Shown here one piece after another: positions 51,601 through 63,520 of a DNA stretch of 64,000 nt. The notes under the pieces are model-generated. The model did no database searches. It saw nothing but the letters and a program-made list of their open reading frames with translations, and was not told the DNA's origin. The translations under genes and the position numbers were made by a program. How positions within the stretch are numbered: position 1 is the stretch's first letter; every line of letters begins with the position of its first letter. The DNA comes from Bugula neritina (Eukaryota > Animalia > Bryozoa): positions 434,001 to 498,000 of the forward strand of contig OZ037765.1 in the NCBI GenBank assembly GCA_964035545.1, written 5' to 3'.

Positions 51601-52989
51601 ATACAGCAGTGTCTCAGTGTACTCATTGTAGTGACAACTCAAATGCCTGGATCAAATGGCTATTCTGGTGGCAAGGTTATATTTCTAGACACGGAAAATA
51701 CGTTGTATCCTTCTAATACGATTATTACTCGCTATCATTCTACTTTAATATAGATTGATCTACCTTCAATATATTATAATAAAACAAAGACAAGTTGCTG
51801 GCAGTTGTCATCTCTTGACTTCAGCTATACCATAACATGTGTCCTCTTACTCATTTCCTTAACGCTCATGCTACTCAGTCGACCAGATAGACTGAGAGAC
51901 ATTGCCGACAGGTTTAACCTTGACCAAAGCGCAGTGCTAGATAACGTGCTATATGCTCGGGCTTACACCAGTGAGCACCAGTTTGAGCTGCTCGACTTTG
52001 TGGCAGCTAAATTTCACGAAGAACCTGGAGTATTCAAACTTCTGGTAGGAATTCTTCTGTTATATAACCAACAGTAGCTTATATTGATCTTCTCTCTCAC
52101 TCACTGCTATAGTATATCACACAGTAGGTGCTAGCTCTGCTATAGTATATCACACAGTATGTGCTAGCTCTGCTATAGTATATCACACAGTATGTGCTAG
52201 CTCTGTATAGCATGTTCTGCTTGGTTCTTGTATATATAGGTGGTGGACTCCATCATGGCCCTATTCAGAGTAGATTTCACTGGAAGGGGTGAACTGGCCG
52301 ACAGACAGCAAAAACTGGCGCAGATGTTGTCCAGATTACAGAAGATTTCAGAAGGTAAGTTACAAACCCTCGCTAGTTCCCGTTGTTATACAAGTAACTA
52401 TGTATAGTAAGTACTAATTATGATGGTACTAACGTGAAGTATCTCTGTCGCCAGAGTTCAACGTAGCCGTCTTCATAACCAACCAAATGACGGCTGACCC
52501 TGGTGCCACCATGTCTTTCCAAGCGGACCCCAAGAAACCAGTCGGTGGCCATATCTTAGCCCATGCATCTACCACTCGAATTTCTCTCAGAAAGGGAAGG
52601 GGTGAACTGAGAATAGCTAAGATATATGACAGGTAATTCAAGTATTCAACCCATTGAAGTTGAATGTAAACTTTTGCCATGCTTATATCTATTATAAAGA
52701 GCTGTTTTTATAGTTCTTTGTATAGTACTAATGTATGTTGTCTATTCAGATAGCAGATTTGTACAGGGATATTCTCAGTTTCACGTATTCTAATGGGTAA
52801 ATGAAATTATTTAGGACTGAGCGGTGTTTTAAAGCACAACTAAGGTATATTTAGACTCCTATAACATGTAATGACTATTGCAGAAAGTTATTTATTACTA
52901 ATATATTGTTTGCTTGTAGTCCAAACATGCCTGAAAACGAGGCCACGTTTGCCATCACAGGTGGTGGAATTGCTGATGGGAAAGAATAG
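48611..52989 (+). CDS. DMC1: Meiotic recombinase DMC1, 11 coding exons, ~343 aa
   Basis: Exons 48611-48667, 49571-49615, 49795-49845, 50266-50364, 50589-50671, 50799-50893, 51632-51704, 51879-52044, 52240-52354, 52455-52632, 52920-52989 (1032 nt). [12 protein letters not shown], Walker [80 protein letters not shown]. These are DMC1-type rather than RAD51-type residues. Confidence 0.97.
49920..50260. repeat. 22-bp minisatellite CTTATATAATGTACACTGTATA (~15 copies), DMC1 intron 3
   Basis: Direct reading; the final unit variant forms the acceptor (CTTATATAATCTACAG). Confidence 0.93.
51705..51878 (+). other. U12-type (minor spliceosome) GT-AG intron in DMC1
   Basis: 5' site GTATCCTTC; branch site TTCCTTAAC at 51855-51863, 15 nt before the intron end; splicing restores ENTF|RPDRL. 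Confidence 0.92.
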
Positions 52990-53993
52990 AGTCTTGGATT
53001 CTACTATTAGTGTTATTATTGACTCTAACTCAATTTGTTGTTACTCTTTGTTATATTATATGCTAGTTTTTATTGTTGATTGAAATGTATATATTTTTAT
53101 AAACCCACTCAATTTATATTACTATTGTGTTCTGTTATGAAATAAACCACATAGCAGAGCTAAACTAGGTGGCTGTTTGCTGGACCAGTACTGTGACACT
53201 TCAATATTTTAAATTTGAAGTTTGTTGAACTCACAGTTGTTGTAAGCTTGCTTATACAGCATTTCTTATACAACCTCCACAAAAATATGCAATGTGATAA
53301 TTTTGTCTTACTCCAATCTCGAAACCTTCAACCCACAGTAGCAATATGAACGTATACAAGTTGCTTATCAATGTTTGGAAGCGTCTGAATATAATCTATA
53401 ACTAAATTTAATATTTCAAGCAATAATTTTACAGTATATTTATGTAATGGAAATTATCAAACTAGAATACCAACTATACAGTTATTTATAATTGCAAATA
53501 GCAAAACATCAATCCAATATTCAATACAGTTCTCAGCTAGAGTAGTTGCATTGTAGTGTACATGGCTAATAACTTTCCTTTAATCTAATATTTATTTATT
53601 GTCTCATGCAAAATAAATAGCTGCAATATGTAATTATAATTGATTCAGTAATTATAGAGGTCGATGCAGAATAATAAATTAGATACTTAAAACTTATACG
53701 ATTACACAAACTATAACTTGTAAGGATAAAATAGTTCTGTACATATAGTTGGCTACACCTTAAAAAGTTGTTGTTGCACCTGAACATTATAAGAAGAAGA
53801 AAACATCATTAGCATGGGTTTTGCTTTTCAAAATAATCTACATACATTTTATAATAATATGCAACTTAGATTATGTAACTGTCATATATAACATTATGTA
53901 ATGCAATAAAACAGGAAATAATATTACTATAAGCAACAGATATCAAAAACCAGAACACGGTGTGACATAGGGCTATATTTGAACAGCTCATTG

Positions 53994-56900
53994 TTATTTT
54001 GAAGGGAGTTTGTTGGGAAATTTGGGAAAGAAAAAAAGCTTCCTGAGATGAGTGAAGGAGCATTCTAGTCGGGTTGGCACATTCCCGCCAGTCTGATCTC
54101 CTGTTTTCTTGCAGTAAGCAATGCTGACCTGTCTAACCCTGTCCTGTATCTGCAAGTAAAATAGTCACTTGTGAGATGGTTTGTCGAAAAGTTTTAGTGT
54201 ATCAATATTCAGTTATACTTGACCACAATGCATAGTCAGAAATATTTTTCTATATAGCATGATATTAAAAAAGACAAAAGTTTTTAATAAAATATTATGC
54301 AGTGTAATGCTAGCAAAATAGAATTTTTTTTCAATACTAATAGTATAAACTATAAGCCATTTCTTCTAATTGTAAACCAACTCAATGTGTTTGAATAAAT
54401 TACCAAAAAAGGTTTAAACTGGTTGTCCATAAATTGACACATTTAGGCAGTATCTCCCCACCGCAAATTTATATTTATATATTTGAGTCATTATAGTAAA
54501 TAAATATTTAGGTCACCCATTACATAATGGCATTGCACAATTTTTTGTTGAGCTATCCGTAGGTTAGAAATACCTCGCAATAACTTACAATCTTGAAGAG
54601 TTCATCAACATCTCTGTGGCAACTGTGTTTATAAAATGTAGCCACTAGTATTCTAATAAACCATGTACCATAAGCGTCGTGTCTACCAGCTTTATACACT
54701 GCAACATCAATATAACATACATTAGGTTTTGTGTTTAAGATAATATAATATATTGATAAAACCTAAACTTCAAGACTTGTATATGTTTCATACATTCTGC
54801 ACTTGGTTTTACAATGTAGAAGTCATCTACATCCAGGTGTGTGAATCTATTGAAGTCAGCATTTGATTGGGTGTGTTGATCTGGTGAAACTGTGGAGGGA
54901 GATGAGGGTAGAGGCGCTGCTGTTGGTGATTGTTTGGTAGAGCTTTTTGACTGCAAAGCAGTACCAAAATCAGATCTACCTATAATAGTAGAAGATGAAA
55001 AACATACAGAATTAAATTATTAATGAGGGTGGTATGTAGGAAACACGCGTAACCTATGTTCACTAAACTTCTGGTATGATAGGCAATGCTAGACATTTTT
55101 TGCAGCATTATAATTTAAATGTTTAGAATCATCGCTCAGAATTTTACTTTAGCCATGAAGGTTAAAAGTCTTATAGCACAATGCTACTTTACATATATTC
55201 GCAGCAATCTGTAACACCAGGTATGTTCAAATAAAGGGCAACTGCTAAAGCTATGTAGAATAATATGAGAAGTTTAGAATATAATTTAGTAGCTTTTAGT
55301 AGTATGAAACAATTACGCAAGCCTTCATGGTTTATATGGTAATGTTTCTTTAGAGAAAATTTCTGGTTGTAATAAGACCCATACACTTTTTGGTGTATTT
55401 TATTTCGAAAAGCTTTTTTAAGACCCCAAGTCATAATGAACACGGGTGATAGCTGTACAGCGCAAACTTTTATAAAATAAGCATGGTGGTTTTTGAGCTA
55501 GATTCTTAAAGATGGCTTGAGTTTTTTCAGGTTTAACTCTCAATTAAATTTACAGCAAACAGGAATAGAATAATTTTAGAAAAACTCATCTATCTTACTT
55601 CCTGAGCATGCGTGGAATATAATGAGTTTGGGCTTTCCTCCCATAGCAGGAAACTTGCTAGCTGAGAGTAATTCTTTAATTTCCGAAAGGTTGACAGGTG
55701 TACAATCTCTGTCGTAGAAAACATTGCCCAAAGTTCCGTGAGACATGATGACTAGTACAAACATGCTCAGGTGATTGTGCTCTTCCTGATCAGTCTCCAT
55801 CTTTAACTCTGCTAGTGTTTCCTGAAATAGTTAGACCAGTACTAATTATTCCTTCCACATATCTTACTGAGATTTAAAAATATATGTATCACCTTTTAGC
55901 TGTTTAAAATAAAACCAATAGTTCAACAATTTAGGACTCAGCTTGAAGTTTGAGCATACCTGAAACAATTTTTAACTTGGGTTTTTACGTACTTTGCAAG
56001 AGTTTGCCTAAAAGTTAAAACTAATGCAGTACTCTGCCAAAAATGCAAGCTACCTCCTTTGTCAAATCAAACATAGGTTCATCTTCTTTGACTACAACAA
56101 ATCCCATGTCTTTGAACAACTTTTTGATATTGTAGTAGTCTATGTGTGAGCCATGGCGAGTTGCTTTTGTATTTTCTCTGCCTTCTTTTGTGAAGAATCG
56201 TTCGTAGTTAATAATCATGGCCCGACCTTGGACAGGGTTGCTCACTGCGTAAACCTACAACGAGAAAGTTGTGCAAATCGATGGTTCATATAGAGAATGA
56301 CTTTTACAGGAATTTTTCAGCAGGTTTAGGAGTACAAGACTGTGGTGCTGTAATGCTCCAGTAACTATGCACTATAGTGCAATGGGTAGCTCACGCTGAT
56401 GTTCAAGTTAAGGACAAGGGGGGGGGGGAGAGGGGTAGTAGTTTTACTGAAGGAAATATCAGAGGTGACCTGTTTGTGATTGCTAAATAGCTTCTTAATC
56501 TTTTCGTTAGTGGTGGGCTTTAGCTCCATGTCTTCTATCAGAGAGATGAAAGGTTCAAGGTCACTTTGCGTAAAGTCAGCATATCCCCTGTCTTCGATGT
56601 CGGAGCATTCACTGATTTCATCATCTTCGGCTTGCAGATGCAGCATCTCTTCCTTCACCACATCTACAGGTTTCACAGTTTAACACAGAATAGTAGCTGT
56701 GCGGCCAGTGCAACTACTCGTATTTTGATATACACTTGGTGACTCAAACTTATACATTTTCAATGTATCTCCGTCGAGTGAGTATTTTAATTTAGAGGCA
56801 GCCATAAAGTGTTAATAGCAGCTGCATTAGCTGCTACAAATATTTAAATATAGTATTTATTTTACTGCTAGGCTATTTATAATGACGTATATAGCATTCA

Positions 56901-59900
56901 ATCAAAACCTCAACACTGAAATTAATATAAAATTGTCATGCTACATTGCATTGACCAAAACTTAACTTACAGTAATTTACCAAATAGATTAGTGTTATTG
57001 CTAATAGCATTATTCTTGACCCCTGCTAAGGGCTTAGATTTTTTTGTACAGTACCTTTCATCTATATGTTATATAACTATATAACATATTTCAACACTTT
57101 TTTATTTGTATGCAAGTATATAGAATAATTATATAATGTACTCATATAATCTAATAACACAATGACTACTGGAATTATCATACCAGAGAGAGCAGTTGCA
57201 CTCTGTTCTTTTTCTAACTTCATTTGATTCACACAATCTTTTATGTAATCAGCCTCTTTTTCAGACAGGTGCTCACCTGTAAACGGAAATAAAATATAGA
57301 GTAAAGAATACAATAAAACTCACTAAAGGGAAACATTTGTGAAAAGCAAGAGAAGGACAGAAACATACATGGGTGGAGAAGGGCTGTAGGTATTTCTTCA
57401 TCTTCACACAGAATTGTTGAGGATCCACTGCTAAGTTTGACATCTGGTTGCAGGTGTTTCAAAGAGTGAACACACCATTGAGGATTGACCAATCTCGTTG
57501 GACAAGGACGTTCTAGTAGCAAGCAGTGGGCACAGTAGCATGCAGTGACTGGTCTACTTGCTGTCCAGTTCTCTAGAACATGTCTCAGACTGTTGTTGGT
57601 CACTGTGACGAGTCTCTCCCACATTTTACTAGTGTTTATGGCATTAGATGACACAAAGAAAACCACCTTTCTTGACGCAGAGTCATGCACCAGTTGTATG
57701 TAAATACCATCCTGGTATACATTAACTCCATTCTTTTTAACTTTGACTATGGAAAACTCATATGGAAACAATTCTAGTAAACCAATAGTCATTTGATGAT
57801 AGATGTACTCTGGCAAGGCTAATCCGTTGAATTTGGTCTCGGCTTTCAAAAGTATGCTTTTTGGTGCAAAATAGAAATTCTTATACAAATCATTGGCAAA
57901 CTGAGGCATAATGAAAACCTGTTTTTCAGAATTGCTTTTTATTGGACCATGCAACAATCGGAAAGCCTTGAGCAAACAAATGGCAACTTCTACATCTTTC
58001 AAAACTTTAAAAGAAGTTTCCTTCTCTATCAAATAGATGAGTAAAACATCCATCATCAGGCCGGTGTTGGTAAAGTGATTCACATACTCGGCGAATTCTT
58101 GCTTTTCAATGCACTGACCATTTGGAGAAACGTACGGCAGAAACTGGTCAATTCGACTTTTCCACCTTGTGCTATAATCATGGTAGTACAAGACACATAA
58201 GAGTGAAGTAATTTCTGTGATTTTAGGGAAAATATAAGGCTTGCGAGAATCAATATCTTTATACCATAAGATTTTGCCACAATCGTGCATATACGTGAGA
58301 ATTATCTCTAGCTGCTTTGATTCAATGTCAATTTGTTTTGTTCGCAGCATAAGTAAGATGTACCAAAATGAGTGATAGGCCGACGGCAGGCCTGCTATTC
58401 CTTCATTGACTTCTTCCCAAACTTGAGGCAATGGCTTGATGAAGTCTTGACTGCTTTGAAGAAGAGATTCTCTGATCATATTGAATACAGCATATTTGTC
58501 ATCATTCCCTATTTCATATATATCTTCGGCTAGAAATATATTGTCAGGTGATTTATTAAAATGTCCGATTCGAGCAAAGTCGCCACCTAGTGCTTTTTCT
58601 TCGTTGACTATTTTCCTACATAGCTGGTTAGAGCAGTCAAGAAAGCTTTGCCGAAGCTTTTGAAATTCTGCACTTGGATATTTATCTTTATGAGTTAGAA
58701 TGAGTTTTGGTGCTCCGAGAGTTGGGTTTGCAAGATACAGATGAGACATGTAGTCAAAGGCTAACCTTCTAACAGCCTTTTTACATGTTAATTCTTTGGA
58801 AATTTGGTCATACTGCTCCATGTTGACTACTATGACTGGGATGCAATTTTGCTTCAGTGTCAGTTGATAAGTGATATGGTAGACCTCCTGGCCTCCCATA
58901 TCAATGAGACGAAGTACTGTACCATCCACCTCCACCTCCTCAACATTAAACACTTTTGTTGTCTCGTCTTTCACAGCATCCGGACTTCTGTCAGTCAGTA
59001 TTCTCTTCTTATCAGCATTCTGTAATGTTCTAATCAAGCTAGTTTTCCCAGCCATTGTATTACCCAGCACAGCTACAGTAGCAAATGGTAGACTTCTACC
59101 AGCACCTTTAGCCAAGTCTGTGTAGTATTGTCTCACAGCATCTACTCCTCTCTTACATATTTCTAGTGGAGGAGATGCTAGTGATTCACAGTTTTCTACT
59201 TGGAGAGTACGAAGTTGACCTAGCCTTATGATTTTAGCATCCAGAGATTTTAGATCGGTGTTATAGGATACGTCCAACTCTCTCAGATTTAGCAACCCGC
59301 ACACAGACAAAGGCAAGGCAGTAAAACCATTCCCTGCAATGCTTAGTTTTTCTAGCTTCTGCAAACTTTCTATACTGAAAAGTTATATACAAAATATATT
59401 AGCAACTTATACATAATGTATCATAACAAGTAATATGAGAAAACTTGATATTATTGAAATAGTTGAGTATATCATTACTTTCAGCAAAGCAGCACAAGTC
59501 TTTGTTATTACAAGCATAGGCTAATTTTTCTAAAAGTAAAGGACAAACAGGCTGTGCAATCATAATGATACTATAATATACACACTCATTTGACAGGGTT
59601 TTCAGTCGGCAGTTGCCTAAGTGTAACTCTCTCAGTTGGGAAAGAAATGTAAAGATGCCATCAGGTAAACCATCTGAAAAGTCATTCCATTGAATATCCA
59701 AAACTTCTAATTCAGTGAGTAGTAAGGTGCTACAAGGTTAAAGAATTACAATTTACGTTGTCAGAGTTAGTATGAGAGTGTTTTGACAACTATATAATAT
59801 TTTTCTGAAAATTTAAGAGAGGTAAACTAATAAGTATAGGTCTAAATGTTAGGCTTAGCCTTTTACAAGATAGTTCCTTTATATGCAGCGGTTTAGCTCA

Positions 59901-62563
59901 TAGATAACTTTGCTCTTAAATAGTCAACAATTGTCTCATTTTAGTGAGTTTTCAGTCAATTATTTGAGTTAGAGCTGGTAGGTCTATTGCTAAAAGTGTC
60001 CCAATTCTCTGGCTGTTTGATATAAAGGAAAGTTAGACCCACCTCTTGGGTAGAGTCACCAGATCACAATGGTGCATGTACAATTCTCTCAACTTCAGTA
60101 GACTTTCGAATATGTTGCCATGTAGACCTTCAGAAAGGTTGTTTCTTGATATATTCAACACCTCCAGGTTTTCAATATCAGATATGCTGTAACATTCATA
60201 AACACATTCATGAAAAGGAGATAAGAGCATCTATAATACATAATATGCAGTCTACATTTATAGACCAACAAGACCCAGCAACATACCTCAGCACACCTCA
60301 CCTAACTGAATGACTGTTCATTGAGTAAGAATTGCACACTATTTAGATGCTTTAGCATGCCTGACCCATACTTTTACTAGAAGAATTACTTGCAGGGCTG
60401 CAATACAATATTTTAGCCTAAGCAGTACTTTTACTACATTGATTTCCTGTTTAAAGCATTAAGAAGCACCCTGCGTTTTAAAAGCCGCCACAAGTTACTA
60501 TACAACAGACTAATAACAGACTAATAATGGACTGATACCAGACTGATAATGGACTGATACCAGATTGATAACATACCTTCTTGAGAGGGTTTCCAGCTTG
60601 CAGTTTTCCATGTTCAATTCTTTCAACGAATCCATGTAGAAGAATATATCACAGGCTAGCTTTTCTGATAAAGCATTTTCAGACACATTTAGCATTTCAA
60701 GGCCCTCCATGCAGAATAAACTATAAAATAAATGCAGTTAGGTTGATATGCAGAAAAACAATTAAAAACGCGGGGAAAATAAACATGACGAAGATTCAAA
60801 AGCCTCTACTGTCCTTGTAACTATTGAAGTGTATTTGTTTACAAAATACAGAAATGTGTTCGTTGTAAGTTACCAAACCAATTGGCAGTTACACATCTAA
60901 TATCAAAAAAAATATTTTGTCAACTAAATTGGGATATTTTAATATCTGATCTTCCATGCAGAACTGAGACATGATGACATCTTGAAAAAAAATTATTTTA
61001 AAAGACCACACAAAAATATATGCTAACATATGCTAACATATGCTATTGTAAACTAATATAGGTTATTGTATGCTAAAACATGCTATTGTATGCTAATATA
61101 TTCTATTGCATGATAATAAATGTTATTTGCATGTAGGCTAATTGATGCTATTGTAAACTAGTATATGCTAATGTATGCTAGTTCCTTCTTGTACTAAAAA
61201 AGCTGAAACATTTTATTCTGTAATAAAAAGATTTGCTTGTGTACCTTTGAGTTTAAATAGTTTATAGGTTTTATATACTTTAAATTTTAGTTAGCAAGTC
61301 TCATTTACCAGGTATTAACTTGATAAACATTAAACCATCATAACCTTGCTAAAATATGTGTGTGTGTGTTCATAGGAAATAAAAAATGACAATGCAACTT
61401 AGAAATATTAGTAGCAGCTATAAGCCTATACAGACCATTAATAATATTACACTACCTGTCCCAGTTGGCATTTTTAACCACTTTTCCAATTCTGAGACAT
61501 CCAAGCCGAGGAAACAGCTCGTCCATGTTTGGAGGGATGTTATTTCTCAGAACAGCATGTGTCACCATGTGGTCGACGTGTGTCAGCAAGTGTGTGTGCA
61601 GGTGCTTGATGCCATCAGTTGTATAATCTACAGTCTCACTGCTCACCCATTGCTCATCGTCTGCTTCTATCGGACACGTATTGAACCACAGGGTGTATAA
61701 ATCTACAGAGAAATATCATTTGTGCATACAGAAACTCACACTGTTGATATAGCAACTATCTGTACAACATCTACATATATCAGTACTTATTCTTAGAGCT
61801 AGGTCAACGTAGCAACAAGTCAAGTCAACAGCTAAGTCAAGTCAACAGCTAAGTCAAGTCAACAGCTAAGTCAAGTCAACAGCTAAGTCAAGTCAACAGC
61901 TAAGTCAAGTCAACAGCTAAGTCAAGTCAACAGCTAAGTCAAGTCCCGTCTATGGGGGAAAAGTTTCAAACTGAGTCAGTTTGGGTTAATTAAGTCAATA
62001 ATTTGCATTGATTTGCTAGTTTAATGAATAACTTGGGATTAGAAGAAAGTGGTACCGTGAGTAGCATAGTGTATTTAGCAGTTCAAATAAACAGAATGAA
62101 TTTATAGATTCAGGTCTAGCTATTTTTCAAGTCACCATGTACTCAAGTCAGTGTAGGTATAGTGTAGGTATAGTGTAGGTATAGTGTAGGTATAGTGTAG
62201 GTATAGTGTAGGTACAATGTAGGTATAGTGTAGGTATAGTGTATGTATAATGTAGGTACAATGCAGGTATAGTGTAGGTATAGTGTAGGTATATTGTAGA
62301 TATAGTGTAGGTATAGTGTAGGTATAGTGTAGGTATAGTGTAGGTATAGTGTAGGTATAGTGTAGGTATAGTGTAGGTACAATGTAGGTATAGTGTAGGT
62401 ATACTGGTATAGTGTAGGTATAGTTTATATTATAATCCAAGATAACACAACAACACAAACAGACTATATTATGAAAGTCTGTTTGAAATTGTTTAAAATT
62501 TATACAATTGAATTAATTTAATCAACACTAACCTTCACTCTTATCGTATCCTCTGAAGGACAT
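53994..62563 (-). CDS. LRR-Roc-COR (Roco GTPase, MFHAS1-like) protein fused to a C-terminal caspase (C14A p20+p10), ~1292 aa, 13 coding exons
   Basis: Exons 5'->3': 62563-62533, 61702-61456, 60720-60577, 60186-60043, 59729-59586, 59374-57369, 57276-57184, 56663-56470, 56254-56054, 55821-55599, 54979-54794, 54698-54589, 54149-53994 (3879 nt, all GT-AG, phases consistent, no internal stop). LRRs; Roc G1 GNTMAGKTS, G2 ETTK, G3 DMGGQEVY, G4 THKD; COR (LPQVWEEV..LTYMHDCGKILW); CAHC motif; caspase GRAMIINY..RHGSHID, VIMSHG, GKPKLIIFHACSG, GTWFIR, LRKLFFFP. The start codon is uncertain (alternative first exon 63067-63019). Confidence 0.85.
61818..61945. repeat. 17-bp minisatellite AAGTCAAGTCAACAGCT (~7 copies)
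   Basis: Direct reading. Confidence 0.9.
62150..62424. repeat. 11-bp minisatellite GTGTAGGTATA
   Basis: Direct reading. Confidence 0.92.
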
Positions 62564-63466
62564 TGCGAGTGGCTATATATTCCCCCCTCAGTTTTTTAGT
62601 TAGTTGCTTGTAGGTCCTCAGTCTCACATCAACAAATGTGATGGGAGTCTGCAATAGAATAAGTTTTGCTTTATCAAGTTTTAATCTAGCGGCTATGATA
62701 CCTGAACGCAACACAATCCGCTTTGCTTCGTTATAAGAGCTTTTCTCATAGTAGCTTTTGTTCTACAGCCTGCATTACACATTCTATTTTTGGTAATAGC
62801 TCAATTAAAAGAGGAGCCCGCAGCAATGAGACACTGCATATCTTGATAGTGATAACTTCAACTTAAACAGTCTAATAATAAACCATTAGATCACAAGCTA
62901 AAAGTTACCTAGAAACAACAATTATTTATATCTCGCGACACTACCAGCAACCAGCAACTAGAAATTACAAATACATAGACTAGTTACCTCCTATAAATAA
63001 TATTGTATAGAGGCGCACCTGCTGCTACCTGTCCCTCCCCTGAACCACCTGCTGACTCGTCAGCCATCTTGTTTCTTTCCCCAAGTGCTACTCTGAAAGT
63101 GACTTGTTTGCATGTTCATAGAGATTTATCAGCATAACCCATTAAGTGACCTTTTGAGCAATTAGTTGACATTAGTCCAGATATTATATCACAGCAGTCA
63201 GTGTAAGGAGAAAGCATTGTGTTACATATGCTGATATGCAACATGCAGTAGTAGCATACTAGACTAACTGAACAACCAGTTGAACTTCAACACATTTTAT
63301 TTCAAAGAAAGAGTTTAGCTTCTGGATAGACTGGACAAACCATGAAGGCCTCTAAAATCTAAATGAACCGAAATAAGTGGAGGCAATTCAGGCTTTTATT
63401 TTAATATTGGCACAGCTCAAACAATTTATAACAATATACAGTAGTATATTATGTAAACACGCGCAT

Positions 63467-63506
<40 letters not shown>

Positions 63507-63520
63507 TCACACACGCACAC
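63467..63520. repeat. (CA)n microsatellite
   Basis: Direct reading. Confidence 0.9.

Noticed and set aside
48611-52989. RAD51 as an alternative identity
   Set aside because: N-terminal [12 protein letters not shown], [13 protein letters not shown] and MTADPGA match DMC1 rather than RAD51.
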